DNA from: Bacillota bacterium
Lineage (GTDB): Bacteria; Bacillota; Proteinivoracia; UBA4975
Length of the DNA stretch: 34,709 bases
Assembly (NCBI GenBank): GCA_012727415.1
Contig: JAAYHI010000033.1
Coordinates: forward strand, 1-34,709
Reading direction: 5' to 3'
Part shown: positions 16,627 through 24,194 of the stretch, piece after piece
Layout: each line of letters starts with the position of its first letter
How positions within the stretch are numbered: the first letter of the stretch is position 1
Notes under the pieces: model-generated
The model's input: only the letters and a program-made list of their open reading frames with translations
Told to the model about the DNA's origin: nothing
The model's database searches: none
Position numbers and translations under genes: made by a program

Positions 16627-16696
16627 GGAAGCACCAGAACCGTCCCCTTGCTTCTTTCGGGAAGCGAAGGAAGCGCCAGAACCGTCCCCTTGCTTC
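16627..16696. repeat. Two REP-like hairpin units in the opposite orientation (right flank of the RAYT gene)
   Basis: ggaagcaccagaaccgtccccttgcttc lies at 16627-16654 and ggaagcgccagaaccgtccccttgcttc at 16669-16696. The loop ccagaaccgtcccct matches the reverse complement of the left-flank loop (ggagaaccgtccccg) at 12 of 15 positions, with identical gaagca/tgcttc stems. Confidence 0.75.
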
Positions 16697-16742
16697 GGCA
16701 TAATATGAGGGCCTCCGGCAAAAATATGCTGGGGGTGTTTTT

Positions 16743-18464
16743 ATGCTGGATGGGTTTGGGCGCCGGGTTGTAAGTTTGATGGTGGTGTTTTTGGTGTTGG
16801 CGGGCAGTTTTGTCGCCCGCCTGGCCTGGCTGCAGTTGCTCCACGGCAGAGAGCTGGCCGCCATCGCTGCCAGGTATCACAGCCGCACAGTGTATTATCG
16901 CTGGGGCCATGGCAGTGAGGGGCGGGGGGCGATTCTCGACCGCAAGCTGCGCCCTTTTACCGAAGCAAAATTGCAGCCGGGGGTGGCGGTTTTCGCCAGC
17001 GTGGGCGAGAAGTATCCCGACTTCGAAGTTTACCTGGAGCTGCTGTCTCGGCACTCGGGCTTCAGCCCCGAAGAAATAATCCTGCGTTCAGAGCAGAGTC
17101 TTCCCCTGCCCCTGAGTGTTCCTCTTCCCTCTGCAGCGGAGCTGCCTCACTGGATTGTGCCGGTGGCGGGGGAATGGGACAGGGAGGGCAATTTTCGCCG
17201 GTACTCCTATGGGAGTCTTGCCTGCCATGTCTTGGGTATAATTCAGCCCCCCTTCAGCGGTGAGGAGCCCCCCGGAAAATTGGTGGGGCGCCTGGGGATT
17301 GAGAAGAAATATGATTCTCATCTCCGCAGCCAGCGGCCAGGGGTGCTGGCCATGGTGGATGCCAGGGACCGGCTCATTGGTGGGCTGGGCTACCGCAGTA
17401 TTATTGAGCCAGGCAAACAGCCCAATATAGTCCTCACCCTGGACATAGAAATTCAGCAACTGGTGGAAGAGATATTCGATAAATACATTGAAGCTGGCCG
17501 GGTCCCTCCCTGGGGAGCCTTGGTGGTGATGGATCCCAATAATGGAGACATCCTGGCTATGGCCAGCAGACCTGTCATCCAGGGTTCCAGCCACCAGTAT
17601 AACCGGGCTGCCCGCAAATCCAATATTGTAGATATGCAGCCCCTGGCCTCAATGGTAAAGGTGGTGACCACTGCAGCTGCACTGGAAAAAGATCCGCAGC
17701 TGGTCAACGCCCGCTTTACCTGCTCAGGCACCTTGAAACTGGGGGGGAATGTTTTTGAATGTGCCCACGGTCCCCACGGAGAACAGGACTTGTCTGCTGC
17801 CCTGGCCAATTCCTGCAACCTGTATTTTGCCCAACTGGCCCAGGAGGTGGGGGGGAAGGAATTGCTGGCTATGGCTATGGCAATGGGTTTGGGCACAAAG
17901 CCTGGCATTGAACTGCCTGCCGAGGAAGTCGGTGCCGGGAGTGTGCCGGCCCCGGAAGATTTGGCTACAGCTGCCGGTTTGGCCAACCATTTTGCCATGG
18001 GGGGGAACAAGCTGGAAGTCACTCCCTTGCAGACTGCAGTAATGCTGAGTTCCATTGCCAACGGAGGCTGGTGGGTGGAGCCCAGGCTGGTGCTGGCGGT
18101 CAACCAGGATTTGACAAAGAAAGTCCGCCCTCCCGGGGTGAAAGAAGAAAAAATTATGAGTGCCGCTACGGCAGACAGGGTGACGCAGCTGATGCGCAAT
18201 GCAGTTGTCGAGGGACAGACGGGATATTTTGATCACAATCTCTATCCTGCGGCAGCAGCTGCCTTGGCCGCCAAGACAGGCACTTCCGACCCCCTTCCCC
18301 CCATGGGCTACCATCTTCGCTGGTACGGAGGCTTTTTCCCCTGGCGCAATCCCAAGTATGTGGTGGTCTACATGGCGGAGGTTCCCGACAGGGGAAGGGC
18401 AGTGGAAAGGGGGAGCATTGTGGCAGAGATAGTGCAGGGACTGGCAGATTTGAAGGGAGAATAG
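16743..18464 (+). CDS. Class B penicillin-binding protein (PBP2/SpoVD/FtsI-like transpeptidase)
   Basis: It has an N-terminal TM anchor and a dimerisation domain. The transpeptidase motifs are SxxK (ASMVK), SxN (NSCN) and KTG (AKTGTS). Confidence 0.9.
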   Translation: MLDGFGRRVVSLMVVFLVLAGSFVARLAWLQLLHGRELAAIAARYHSRTVYYRWGHGSEGRGAILDRKLRPFTEAKLQPGVAVFASVGEKYPDFEVYLELLSRHSGFSPEEIILRSEQSLPLPLSVPLPSAAELPHWIVPVAGEWDREGNFRRYSYGSLACHVLGIIQPPFSGEEPPGKLVGRLGIEKKYDSHLRSQRPGVLAMVDARDRLIGGLGYRSIIEPGKQPNIVLTLDIEIQQLVEEIFDKYIEAGRVPPWGALVVMDPNNGDILAMASRPVIQGSSHQYNRAARKSNIVDMQPLASMVKVVTTAAALEKDPQLVNARFTCSGTLKLGGNVFECAHGPHGEQDLSAALANSCNLYFAQLAQEVGGKELLAMAMAMGLGTKPGIELPAEEVGAGSVPAPEDLATAAGLANHFAMGGNKLEVTPLQTAVMLSSIANGGWWVEPRLVLAVNQDLTKKVRPPGVKEEKIMSAATADRVTQLMRNAVVEGQTGYFDHNLYPAAAAALAAKTGTSDPLPPMGYHLRWYGGFFPWRNPKYVVVYMAEVPDRGRAVERGSIVAEIVQGLADLKGE

Positions 18465-18476
18465 TCAGCAACAGGC

Positions 18477-18504
18477 ACCTTTCCAGGCTAGCGGGCATAT
18501 ACTA
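18477..18504 (+). promoter_or_regulatory. Candidate mother-cell (sigma-K/sigma-E type) promoter of sigK
   Basis: AC (18477-18478), a 17-nt spacer, then CATATACTA (18496-18504) fits the sigma-K pattern AC-N16-17-CATAnnnTA. It overlaps a perfect 12-bp palindrome tatactagtata (18498-18509). This is pattern matching only. Confidence 0.3.
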
Positions 18505-18535
18505 GTATACGTACGCCTGGGAAGGGGGGGAGCCG

Positions 18536-19225
18536 TTGATAACTGGGTTGTTAATGGCTATGGCCATGGCTGTCAAAGAGTTGGCCCTGTTGGTCTCTCA
18601 CATCAAGAACAACTCTTTTCCGCATCCCCTGGATCCGGAAAAGGAAAGGGAATGCCTGTTGCGCCTGGCCCAGGGAGATGAGGAGGCCCGCCGCATTTTG
18701 ATTGAGCACAATTTGCGCCTGGTGGCCCATATTGTGAAGAAGTATGACAACACCCGTCTGGAAAACGACGATCTCATCTCCATTGGCACGTTGGGTCTGA
18801 TCAAGGCTATTAACACCTATGATCTGGCAAAGGGGGTGAAGCTGGCCACATATGCTGCCCGCTGCATTGAAAACGAAATCCTCATGCAGCTGCGGGCAAT
18901 GAAGAAGAATCGGGATGATATTTCCCTGGAGGAACCCCTGGGGGTGGACCAGGAGGGGAATGAGCTTTCGCTAATGGACATATTGGGCAATCAGTCTGAT
19001 ATCTTTGAGAAGGTAAATCAGAAAATCGAGGTTGCCCGCCTGATGGAGTCGATGAAAAGCCTCCCCCCGCGGGAGAGATTTGTGCTGGAAAGGCGGTTCG
19101 CCCTGGCAGACGGCCGCAGCTGGCCCCAAAGAGAAATTGCTGCGAAACTGGGGATTTCCCGCTCCTATGTGTCGCGAATAGAAAAGAGAGCCCTGCGCAT
19201 GCTCACCAATAACCAAGGGCGATAA
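18536..19225 (+). CDS. sigK: Sporulation sigma factor SigK (pro-sigma-K, uninterrupted)
   Basis: The translation is close to what I recall of B. subtilis pro-SigK. It has a hydrophobic pro-peptide (MITGLLMAMAMAVKELALLVS), then HIKNNSFPHPL, ILIEHNLRLVAHIVKKY, DLISIGTLGLIKAI, KLATYAARCIENEILMQLRAMKK and LGISRSYVSRIEKRAL. The start is TTG, preceded by a G-rich RBS. Confidence 0.88.
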   Translation: MITGLLMAMAMAVKELALLVSHIKNNSFPHPLDPEKERECLLRLAQGDEEARRILIEHNLRLVAHIVKKYDNTRLENDDLISIGTLGLIKAINTYDLAKGVKLATYAARCIENEILMQLRAMKKNRDDISLEEPLGVDQEGNELSLMDILGNQSDIFEKVNQKIEVARLMESMKSLPPRERFVLERRFALADGRSWPQREIAAKLGISRSYVSRIEKRALRMLTNNQGR

Positions 19226-19293
19226 AAATTCATGCAGGATATTCCACCACCTTTCACGAACTATATGTGATGGCTAAGAAGGAGGTGGTTTCG

Positions 19294-19827
19294 GTGCTAA
19301 AAAAACTAGTACCTGATTATTATGTAAACAGCATTTATGACCTGGATCTGGACGAACTGAGTGCTAAGGGCATCCGCGGGATAATCTCTGATTTGGACAA
19401 CACTCTTGTCTCCTGGGACGATCCGCTGCCCAACCCGGAGCTGCTGGAATGGCTAAAAAAAGTTCAGGACAAGGGTTTTTCTGTTTATATAGTATCTAAT
19501 AACTCTCAGGAAAGGGTGCGGAAGTTCGCCGAAGCCTTTGGGGTGCCGGCGATTTCCAAGGCAGTCAAGCCCCGGCGCAGGGCCTTCAGGTTGGCTTGTG
19601 AGGCTATGGGGGTTACTATCGACGAAACTGCTGTCATCGGCGACCAGATTTTCACCGACGTTTTAGGGGGCAATCGCCTTGGTGTGTACACCATCCTGGT
19701 GGTGCCTGTGAGTGATAAAGAGTTTTTTGGCACAAAGATAATGCGCAAGCTTGAAGGCCTGGTTTTGCGTATATTGAAGGCCCGGGGGCTGACGGCAAGT
19801 CCCCAGGAAAAAAATCGACAATCATAA
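19294..19827 (+). CDS. yqeG: YqeG-family HAD-IIIA phosphatase
   Basis: AAGGAGG at 19278-19284 precedes GTG 19294. The translation is MLKKLVPDYYVNSIYDLD..., with IISDLDNTLV (DxDxT motif), IVSNNSQERV and GDQIFTDVLGGNRLG. Confidence 0.85.
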   Translation: MLKKLVPDYYVNSIYDLDLDELSAKGIRGIISDLDNTLVSWDDPLPNPELLEWLKKVQDKGFSVYIVSNNSQERVRKFAEAFGVPAISKAVKPRRRAFRLACEAMGVTIDETAVIGDQIFTDVLGGNRLGVYTILVVPVSDKEFFGTKIMRKLEGLVLRILKARGLTASPQEKNRQS

Positions 19828-19853
19828 AGCCTTTTGAAGCGCTTTATTTTTTT
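19824..19853 (+). terminator. Weak AT-rich rho-independent terminator after yqeG
   Basis: The stem is ataaagc / gctttat with a 10-nt loop, followed by a 7-T run. It overlaps the yqeG stop codon. Confidence 0.4.
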
Positions 19854-19914
19854 AGGGTAGATTAATATTTGCAGGAATTAATAATCTTCCAGCGAATTAA
19901 TAAATTCGAAAGAG

Positions 19915-20361
19915 GTGATGAAGGTGCGTTTTAGCCTGGGGAGCCTGTTGGTGGCCTGTGCGATAACCGCTGTCCTTGCCCTTTCTTTTTTGCCCCTGGC
20001 CACATCCACCCATGAAGTCCTGGCTGTGGAGCGGGGGGCGGAGGAACTGGCCCGGGAGTTGCAGGCCGCCCGCCAGCGGGCTGTAGCCCAAAACAGTACA
20101 TACAGGGTGCTCTTTGACCGGGGAGGCAAGGCATATTACATCCTGAGCGAAGATGCCTTTGCCCCTTCCCGCTGCATTCAACTGCCTCCAGGAGTGGAAT
20201 GGGAAAAGCTGTCCACCAATCCCCTTGTCTTTTATGGCACGGGCAGGTGCCCGGCAGGAGGGACTTATTCCTTGGTATACCAGGGTTCGGAGTACAGGGT
20301 TGAGGTTGTGGTTGCCACCCATTCCGGCCGCGTGCGGGTAGAAAGGGGATACCGGCGATGA
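19915..20361 (+). CDS. GspH/FimT-like pseudopilin with a degenerate prepilin signal
   Basis: The N-terminus is (M)MKVRFSLGSLLVACAITAVLA. The body fits the GspH/FimT pattern (ELARELQAARQRAVAQNSTYRVLFD...YYIL...IQLPPGVEW...LVFYGTGRCPAGGTYSLV...RVEVVVATHSGRVRVE). The stop overlaps the next start (ATGA at 20358). Confidence 0.6.
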   Translation: MMKVRFSLGSLLVACAITAVLALSFLPLATSTHEVLAVERGAEELARELQAARQRAVAQNSTYRVLFDRGGKAYYILSEDAFAPSRCIQLPPGVEWEKLSTNPLVFYGTGRCPAGGTYSLVYQGSEYRVEVVVATHSGRVRVERGYRR

Positions 20362-21404
20362 GCCTGGAGTTGTTGGAGCAGGCAGTGGCAGCCCGGGCAA
20401 CAGATATTCACCTGGAACCGACACAGGATGCGCTGCGGATACGCCTGCGGGTGGATGGCAGCCTTGTTTTTTTTAAGATATTGCCTGACCCCGAGGGGAA
20501 GCAGCTGTGCAGCCGCATAAAAGTTCAGGCAGGTATGGACATTGCTCAGCGCATGCTGCCCCAGGATGGCAGCATGCGTTTGACTTGCAGGGGGCAGAGC
20601 TGGGACATCCGGGTGGCCAGCCAGCCTACCATCCTGGGAGAAAAACTGGTGCTGCGCTTGCTTCCGGTGCAGCCCCTGGAGCAGGAGCTGTCTTCCCTGG
20701 GTATGGATGCCAAGACCTGCGAGGCCTTTGCCCGTCTTTTTTACAAGGGGCAAGGGCTGGTTCTGGTTACAGGACCTACAGGATGCGGCAAGACGACGAC
20801 TTTGTATGCCGCGCTGAACTTGTTGGACAGGCAGCGCCTGAACATTATGACCATGGAAGATCCGGTGGAGTACCGCATGGAGGACATTATCCAGACCCAG
20901 GTCAATTACCGGGGCGGGCTGGATTTTGCTGCCGCTTTGCGGGGTGCCCTTCGCCAGGACCCCGATGTCATGCTGGTGGGCGAGATCCGGGACTCCGAAA
21001 CCGCTGCCATTAGCCTCCGGGCCGCTTTGACGGGGCACCTGGTCCTGGCCACCATGCATACTCAGGATTCCCGGTCGGCGGTGGCGCGTTTGCTGGATAT
21101 GAATTGCGCCCGCTACCAGGTGGCTGCGGCCCTTAACGGGGTATTGGCCCAGAGATTGGTGCGCATTCCCTGCTCCTGCCAGGGAGGGTGTCCCCGCTGC
21201 TTTGACAGTGGCTATTACGGCCGCACCGGTGTCTTTGAACTGTTGGTGGTCAGCGGGGCTGTAAAGGATGCAATCCTCAATGGCTCTCCGCTGCCCCCTC
21301 CCGGTGTCACCATCCTCGATGACTGCAGGGCAAAGCTGAGGGAGGGACTCACCGATGAGGCCCAGTTCCGGCAGCTTTCCCTTTCCCTGGAGGAGGGGCT
21401 ATGA
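20358..21404 (+). CDS. Short GspE/PilB-family assembly ATPase (ComGA-like, 348 aa)
   Basis: Motifs present are Walker A GPTGCGKTTT, Asp box MTMEDPVEY, Walker B DPDVMLVGEIRD and His box LTGHLVLATMHT. A tetra-Cys motif CSCQGGCPRC is also present. There is no N-terminal MshEN/T2SSE_N domain. Confidence 0.85.
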   Translation: MSLELLEQAVAARATDIHLEPTQDALRIRLRVDGSLVFFKILPDPEGKQLCSRIKVQAGMDIAQRMLPQDGSMRLTCRGQSWDIRVASQPTILGEKLVLRLLPVQPLEQELSSLGMDAKTCEAFARLFYKGQGLVLVTGPTGCGKTTTLYAALNLLDRQRLNIMTMEDPVEYRMEDIIQTQVNYRGGLDFAAALRGALRQDPDVMLVGEIRDSETAAISLRAALTGHLVLATMHTQDSRSAVARLLDMNCARYQVAAALNGVLAQRLVRIPCSCQGGCPRCFDSGYYGRTGVFELLVVSGAVKDAILNGSPLPPPGVTILDDCRAKLREGLTDEAQFRQLSLSLEEGL

Positions 21405-22381
21405 AAAGCTTAGCCATGTTTACCCGCCAACTGGCCTCGATGCTGCGAGGAGGTTTGACTTTGGTGGCAAGCCTTAAGCAGCTGGCCACAGTGTTTCCCC
21501 ACAAGGGCTACAGCAGAGTCGCAGGGGAGATGGCCCTGGGGCTGACCATGGGGTATGGCTTTTCCCAGCAGTTGGGGAATTATCCCCGGCTCTTCCCCGC
21601 CTTTTATCGGGGGGTGACGGAGATCGGCGAAACCGGGGACAGTCTCTTGCCCGCCCTGGACACCTTGGCCCACTACTACCGGGAAAGGGAAGTCGTTAAA
21701 AACCGGCTGCTGCGGATCCTCTTTTACCCTCTATTGCTTATTATTGTTGCCCTGGGCAGCGGGATGATCGCCCTGTGGTATGTTGTGCCGGGGTTTAGCA
21801 GCCTTTACGCTGTGCTGGGGGCAAGGGTGCCTGCAGCCACCAGCTGGGTTTTTGCCCTTGCGGAGGCGGTGACTCCAACTCGCATGCTGCTGGCAGGAAT
21901 AGGGCTTGCAGCGGTTTTCGCAGGGGGTTGCAGGTTTTTGGCCAAAAGGGTGCGCTGGCGAACCCTGGCGAAATTGCCCTTGGTTGGGACCTTGTATTGC
22001 TACTGGTTTTGCCTGGTCACAGCGATGATTACCCAGGCAGGACATACCCTTGAGCAGGCACTGACTATGGCGGCTGCTGTGTCCCGCCGTGGACCTGGGC
22101 CTGCAGCACTGGAGGCTATTCGGGAAGGGCGCAGTCTTTACTCTGGTCTGGAAGGAAGCCCGGGGGTGCTCCGTTCCTTTGTGGCCCAGGGGGAAGCTAC
22201 AGGGGAGCTGCCTGAGGCTTTGGCAAGAGCAACGGAGTACTACCGGCAGGGGCTGGAGGATGTCATGGAAAACTTCCAGCGCCTCCTTGAACCCGTGTCG
22301 GTATTGATAGTTGGCGGGATGGTGGCGGCAATGTTGCTGGTGCTGATGCTACCGGTGCTGCAGTTGGCCAGGGTCTTCTAA
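21401..22381 (+). CDS. GspF/PilC-family platform protein (ComGB-like, 326 aa)
   Basis: Two T2SSF-type repeats are visible (...LFPAFYRGVTEIGETGDSLLPALDTLAHYY... and ...VLRSFVAQGEATGELPEALARATEYY...) with TM helices. The start overlaps the preceding stop (ATGA). Confidence 0.8.
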   Translation: MKSLAMFTRQLASMLRGGLTLVASLKQLATVFPHKGYSRVAGEMALGLTMGYGFSQQLGNYPRLFPAFYRGVTEIGETGDSLLPALDTLAHYYREREVVKNRLLRILFYPLLLIIVALGSGMIALWYVVPGFSSLYAVLGARVPAATSWVFALAEAVTPTRMLLAGIGLAAVFAGGCRFLAKRVRWRTLAKLPLVGTLYCYWFCLVTAMITQAGHTLEQALTMAAAVSRRGPGPAALEAIREGRSLYSGLEGSPGVLRSFVAQGEATGELPEALARATEYYRQGLEDVMENFQRLLEPVSVLIVGGMVAAMLLVLMLPVLQLARVF

Positions 22382-22421
22382 AGCAGTTCAGGAGGCAAAA
22401 TTATTATTAAAGGAGAAAGAA

Positions 22422-22781
22422 ATGTTAAGAAGTTGTAAAGGGTTTACCCTGATGGAGATTTTGGTGGTGGTGACCATTATCGGGATTCTCGCAGCCATTG
22501 CCATTCCCAGCTACATCAACGCTGTGGAACAAGGGCGTAGGGATGCCTGTGCTGCCAATGTCCATATCCTCTTTGCCCAGGTGGAGAGGTACAGGCTGAC
22601 GGAGGGGAGGCCTGTACCCGTCGATGTCGACTTGGTGCAGTTTTTAAAAGCAAAGGGCTATCTCACGGGAGAAGAACTGCAATGCCCCTTTGCCAGCGAG
22701 GAAGTGAAGCCCGAGTACAAGCTAAGGTATCAAGGCCAGGAAGCGACAGTATACTGCAGCCACTGCAATCCGGAGCAATGA
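22422..22781 (+). CDS. Major pseudopilin (ComGC-like prepilin)
   Basis: It has the class III signal MLRSCKG|FTLMEILVVVTIIGILAAIAIP with Glu at +5, and an AAAGGAG RBS upstream. Confidence 0.85.
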   Translation: MLRSCKGFTLMEILVVVTIIGILAAIAIPSYINAVEQGRRDACAANVHILFAQVERYRLTEGRPVPVDVDLVQFLKAKGYLTGEELQCPFASEEVKPEYKLRYQGQEATVYCSHCNPEQ

Positions 22782-22784
22782 TCA

Positions 22785-23102
22785 ATGAGGGGATTCAGGG
22801 GGTTCATCTTAATGGAAGTAATTATGGCGGCGGCAGTGATTGCCCTGGCTGCCCTGGTCCTGGGGGCAGCGCTGGCAGGTGCCATGCAAATCTTCCGGGC
22901 CTCCCAGGCTGTCACCCGGGGGCGTCTGTTGGCAGCCAGTCATCTGGAACAAGCCGCAGCCGGTGTGGCTGAACCCTTTCTGTGGGAGGGGGAGCTCCAA
23001 AGCACTCTCACTGTCCTGGAAGGGGAGGGCTACATACTGTGGCAGGCAGAGGTCTCGGGTCCGGGATTGGCTGAACCCCTGCGGTTGGTGGGGGGACCAT
23101 GA
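22785..23102 (+). CDS. Minor pseudopilin (prepilin-type N-terminus)
   Basis: MRGFRG|FILMEVIMAAAVIALAALVL with Glu at +5. The gene starts 3 nt after the previous stop. Confidence 0.7.
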   Translation: MRGFRGFILMEVIMAAAVIALAALVLGAALAGAMQIFRASQAVTRGRLLAASHLEQAAAGVAEPFLWEGELQSTLTVLEGEGYILWQAEVSGPGLAEPLRLVGGP

Positions 23103-23515
23103 ATAAGGGGGGAATGGCCGCCCTGGAGGCCTTGATTGCTGCAGCCCAGGTGCTGATTTTGGCGGCAGTGGTCTGCGCCCTGCTGGTGACTTTTTGGCAA
23201 ACCTGGCTGAAATACAATGAGGCCTGCCGCCAGCGGCAATGGGCTGCTGTTGCTTTTGCCTACCTGGACCAGGACCTGAGGGATGCAGAGGAGGTCTTGG
23301 TCACTGCTTCAGAACTGCGAATAGTCCAAGAGAACAGAGAGTGCATCTACCGGGTTACTGCCGAAAAATCCTTTTACAGGGGCCTGGGCAGTGCATATTA
23401 TCCCTTGGGGATAGTCGAGTCGGTGAGTTTCCGGCGGGAAGGAGACTTGTTGTGGGCAGAACTTTATTTTCCCGGAGAATGCTACCGCTGTTGCTACTTC
23501 CTGGAGGGTAATTAA
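23099..23515 (+). CDS. Minor pseudopilin (ComGF-like)
   Basis: MNKGG|MAALEALIAAAQVLILAAVV with Glu at +5. The start overlaps the preceding stop (ATGA). Confidence 0.6.
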   Translation: MNKGGMAALEALIAAAQVLILAAVVCALLVTFWQTWLKYNEACRQRQWAAVAFAYLDQDLRDAEEVLVTASELRIVQENRECIYRVTAEKSFYRGLGSAYYPLGIVESVSFRREGDLLWAELYFPGECYRCCYFLEGN

Positions 23516-23853
23516 TGAACAAAAAAGGCTCAGCTATGTTGCTTGCCCTTATCCTTTGCCTGACTGCCCTGCCTGCGGCAGGGGTCTTTATCACTATTGC
23601 CCGCTCTGACCTGGAATCTGCCCTGGATGATTATCACTGGGCCAGGGCGCAAAGAGCCGCCTGGGGCGCCCTGGAACTGATTGAGAGAGACCTTCAGTCT
23701 GGTGGTGCCGGGGAGATTTCATGGCCTGACCCGGATATTCTGTTAGCCGTAAAGATTGCAGACAGTGATGGCGGCTGGGAGGTTACTGTTTCAGCAGTCA
23801 GTGAGAGGGCGGAAGTTACATTATCCGGGTGGGTTGCAGGACCAAAGTCTTGA
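23515..23853 (+). CDS. ComGG/PilX-like pseudopilin-associated protein
   Basis: MNKKG|SAMLLALILCLTAL has a hydrophobic N-terminus but no Glu at +5, as in ComGG/PilX-type proteins. The start overlaps the preceding stop (TAATG). It is the last gene of the coupled operon. Confidence 0.55.
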   Translation: MNKKGSAMLLALILCLTALPAAGVFITIARSDLESALDDYHWARAQRAAWGALELIERDLQSGGAGEISWPDPDILLAVKIADSDGGWEVTVSAVSERAEVTLSGWVAGPKS

Positions 23854-24026
23854 CGGAAGAGTACTATGTGCATACTTGGAAAAACAGGCCAATTTTCAGC
23901 AATAACAGACCGGGAAAGTCATTTTTTTCAGGTATTTGGCAGGGAAAAAAAAGTTTTGTGTCGAATAAGGCTTGTAATCTGGTATTTTTCCCGATATTTT
24001 TTCTGCCTTACCCTCAAAATTATTAC

Positions 24027-24055
24027 TTGACATGAGAAATCTGTAATGGTACACT
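24027..24055 (+). promoter_or_regulatory. Candidate extended -10 promoter for the pilB operon
   Basis: TTGACA (24027-24032), a 17-nt spacer ending in TGg, then TACACT (24050-24055). It lies in the 340-bp AT-rich intergenic region. Confidence 0.35.
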
Positions 24056-24194
24056 CGTTTATGCCGGTAAAACTTTTATGCGGTAAAGCGAAAAAACTTT
24101 TTGAGGGACAAGGATTTTCCAAGTTTATGTAGAATACTTAATACATGAACCTTTAGGTTTTAAAACTATTGGTTCATTACACGGGGGAGAGAGT

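Noticed and set aside
16331-17054. Minus-strand ORFs (16331-16864, 16491-17054) and the plus ORF 16510-16773 spanning the right REP pair
   Set aside because: They overlap the RAYT 3' end, the REP repeats and the PBP 5' end. They have no RBS and no recognisable motifs.
18536-19225. Link between the serine recombinase at 2392-3977 and a skin-like element interrupting sigK
   Set aside because: sigK is a single intact ORF here with all regions colinear to pro-SigK. The recombinase is 14 kb away inside the RHS array.
24056-24194. c-di-GMP riboswitch in the pilB leader
   Set aside because: I could not find the conserved GEMM-I or c-di-GMP-II core sequences by eye. It is kept only as a low-interest structural observation.
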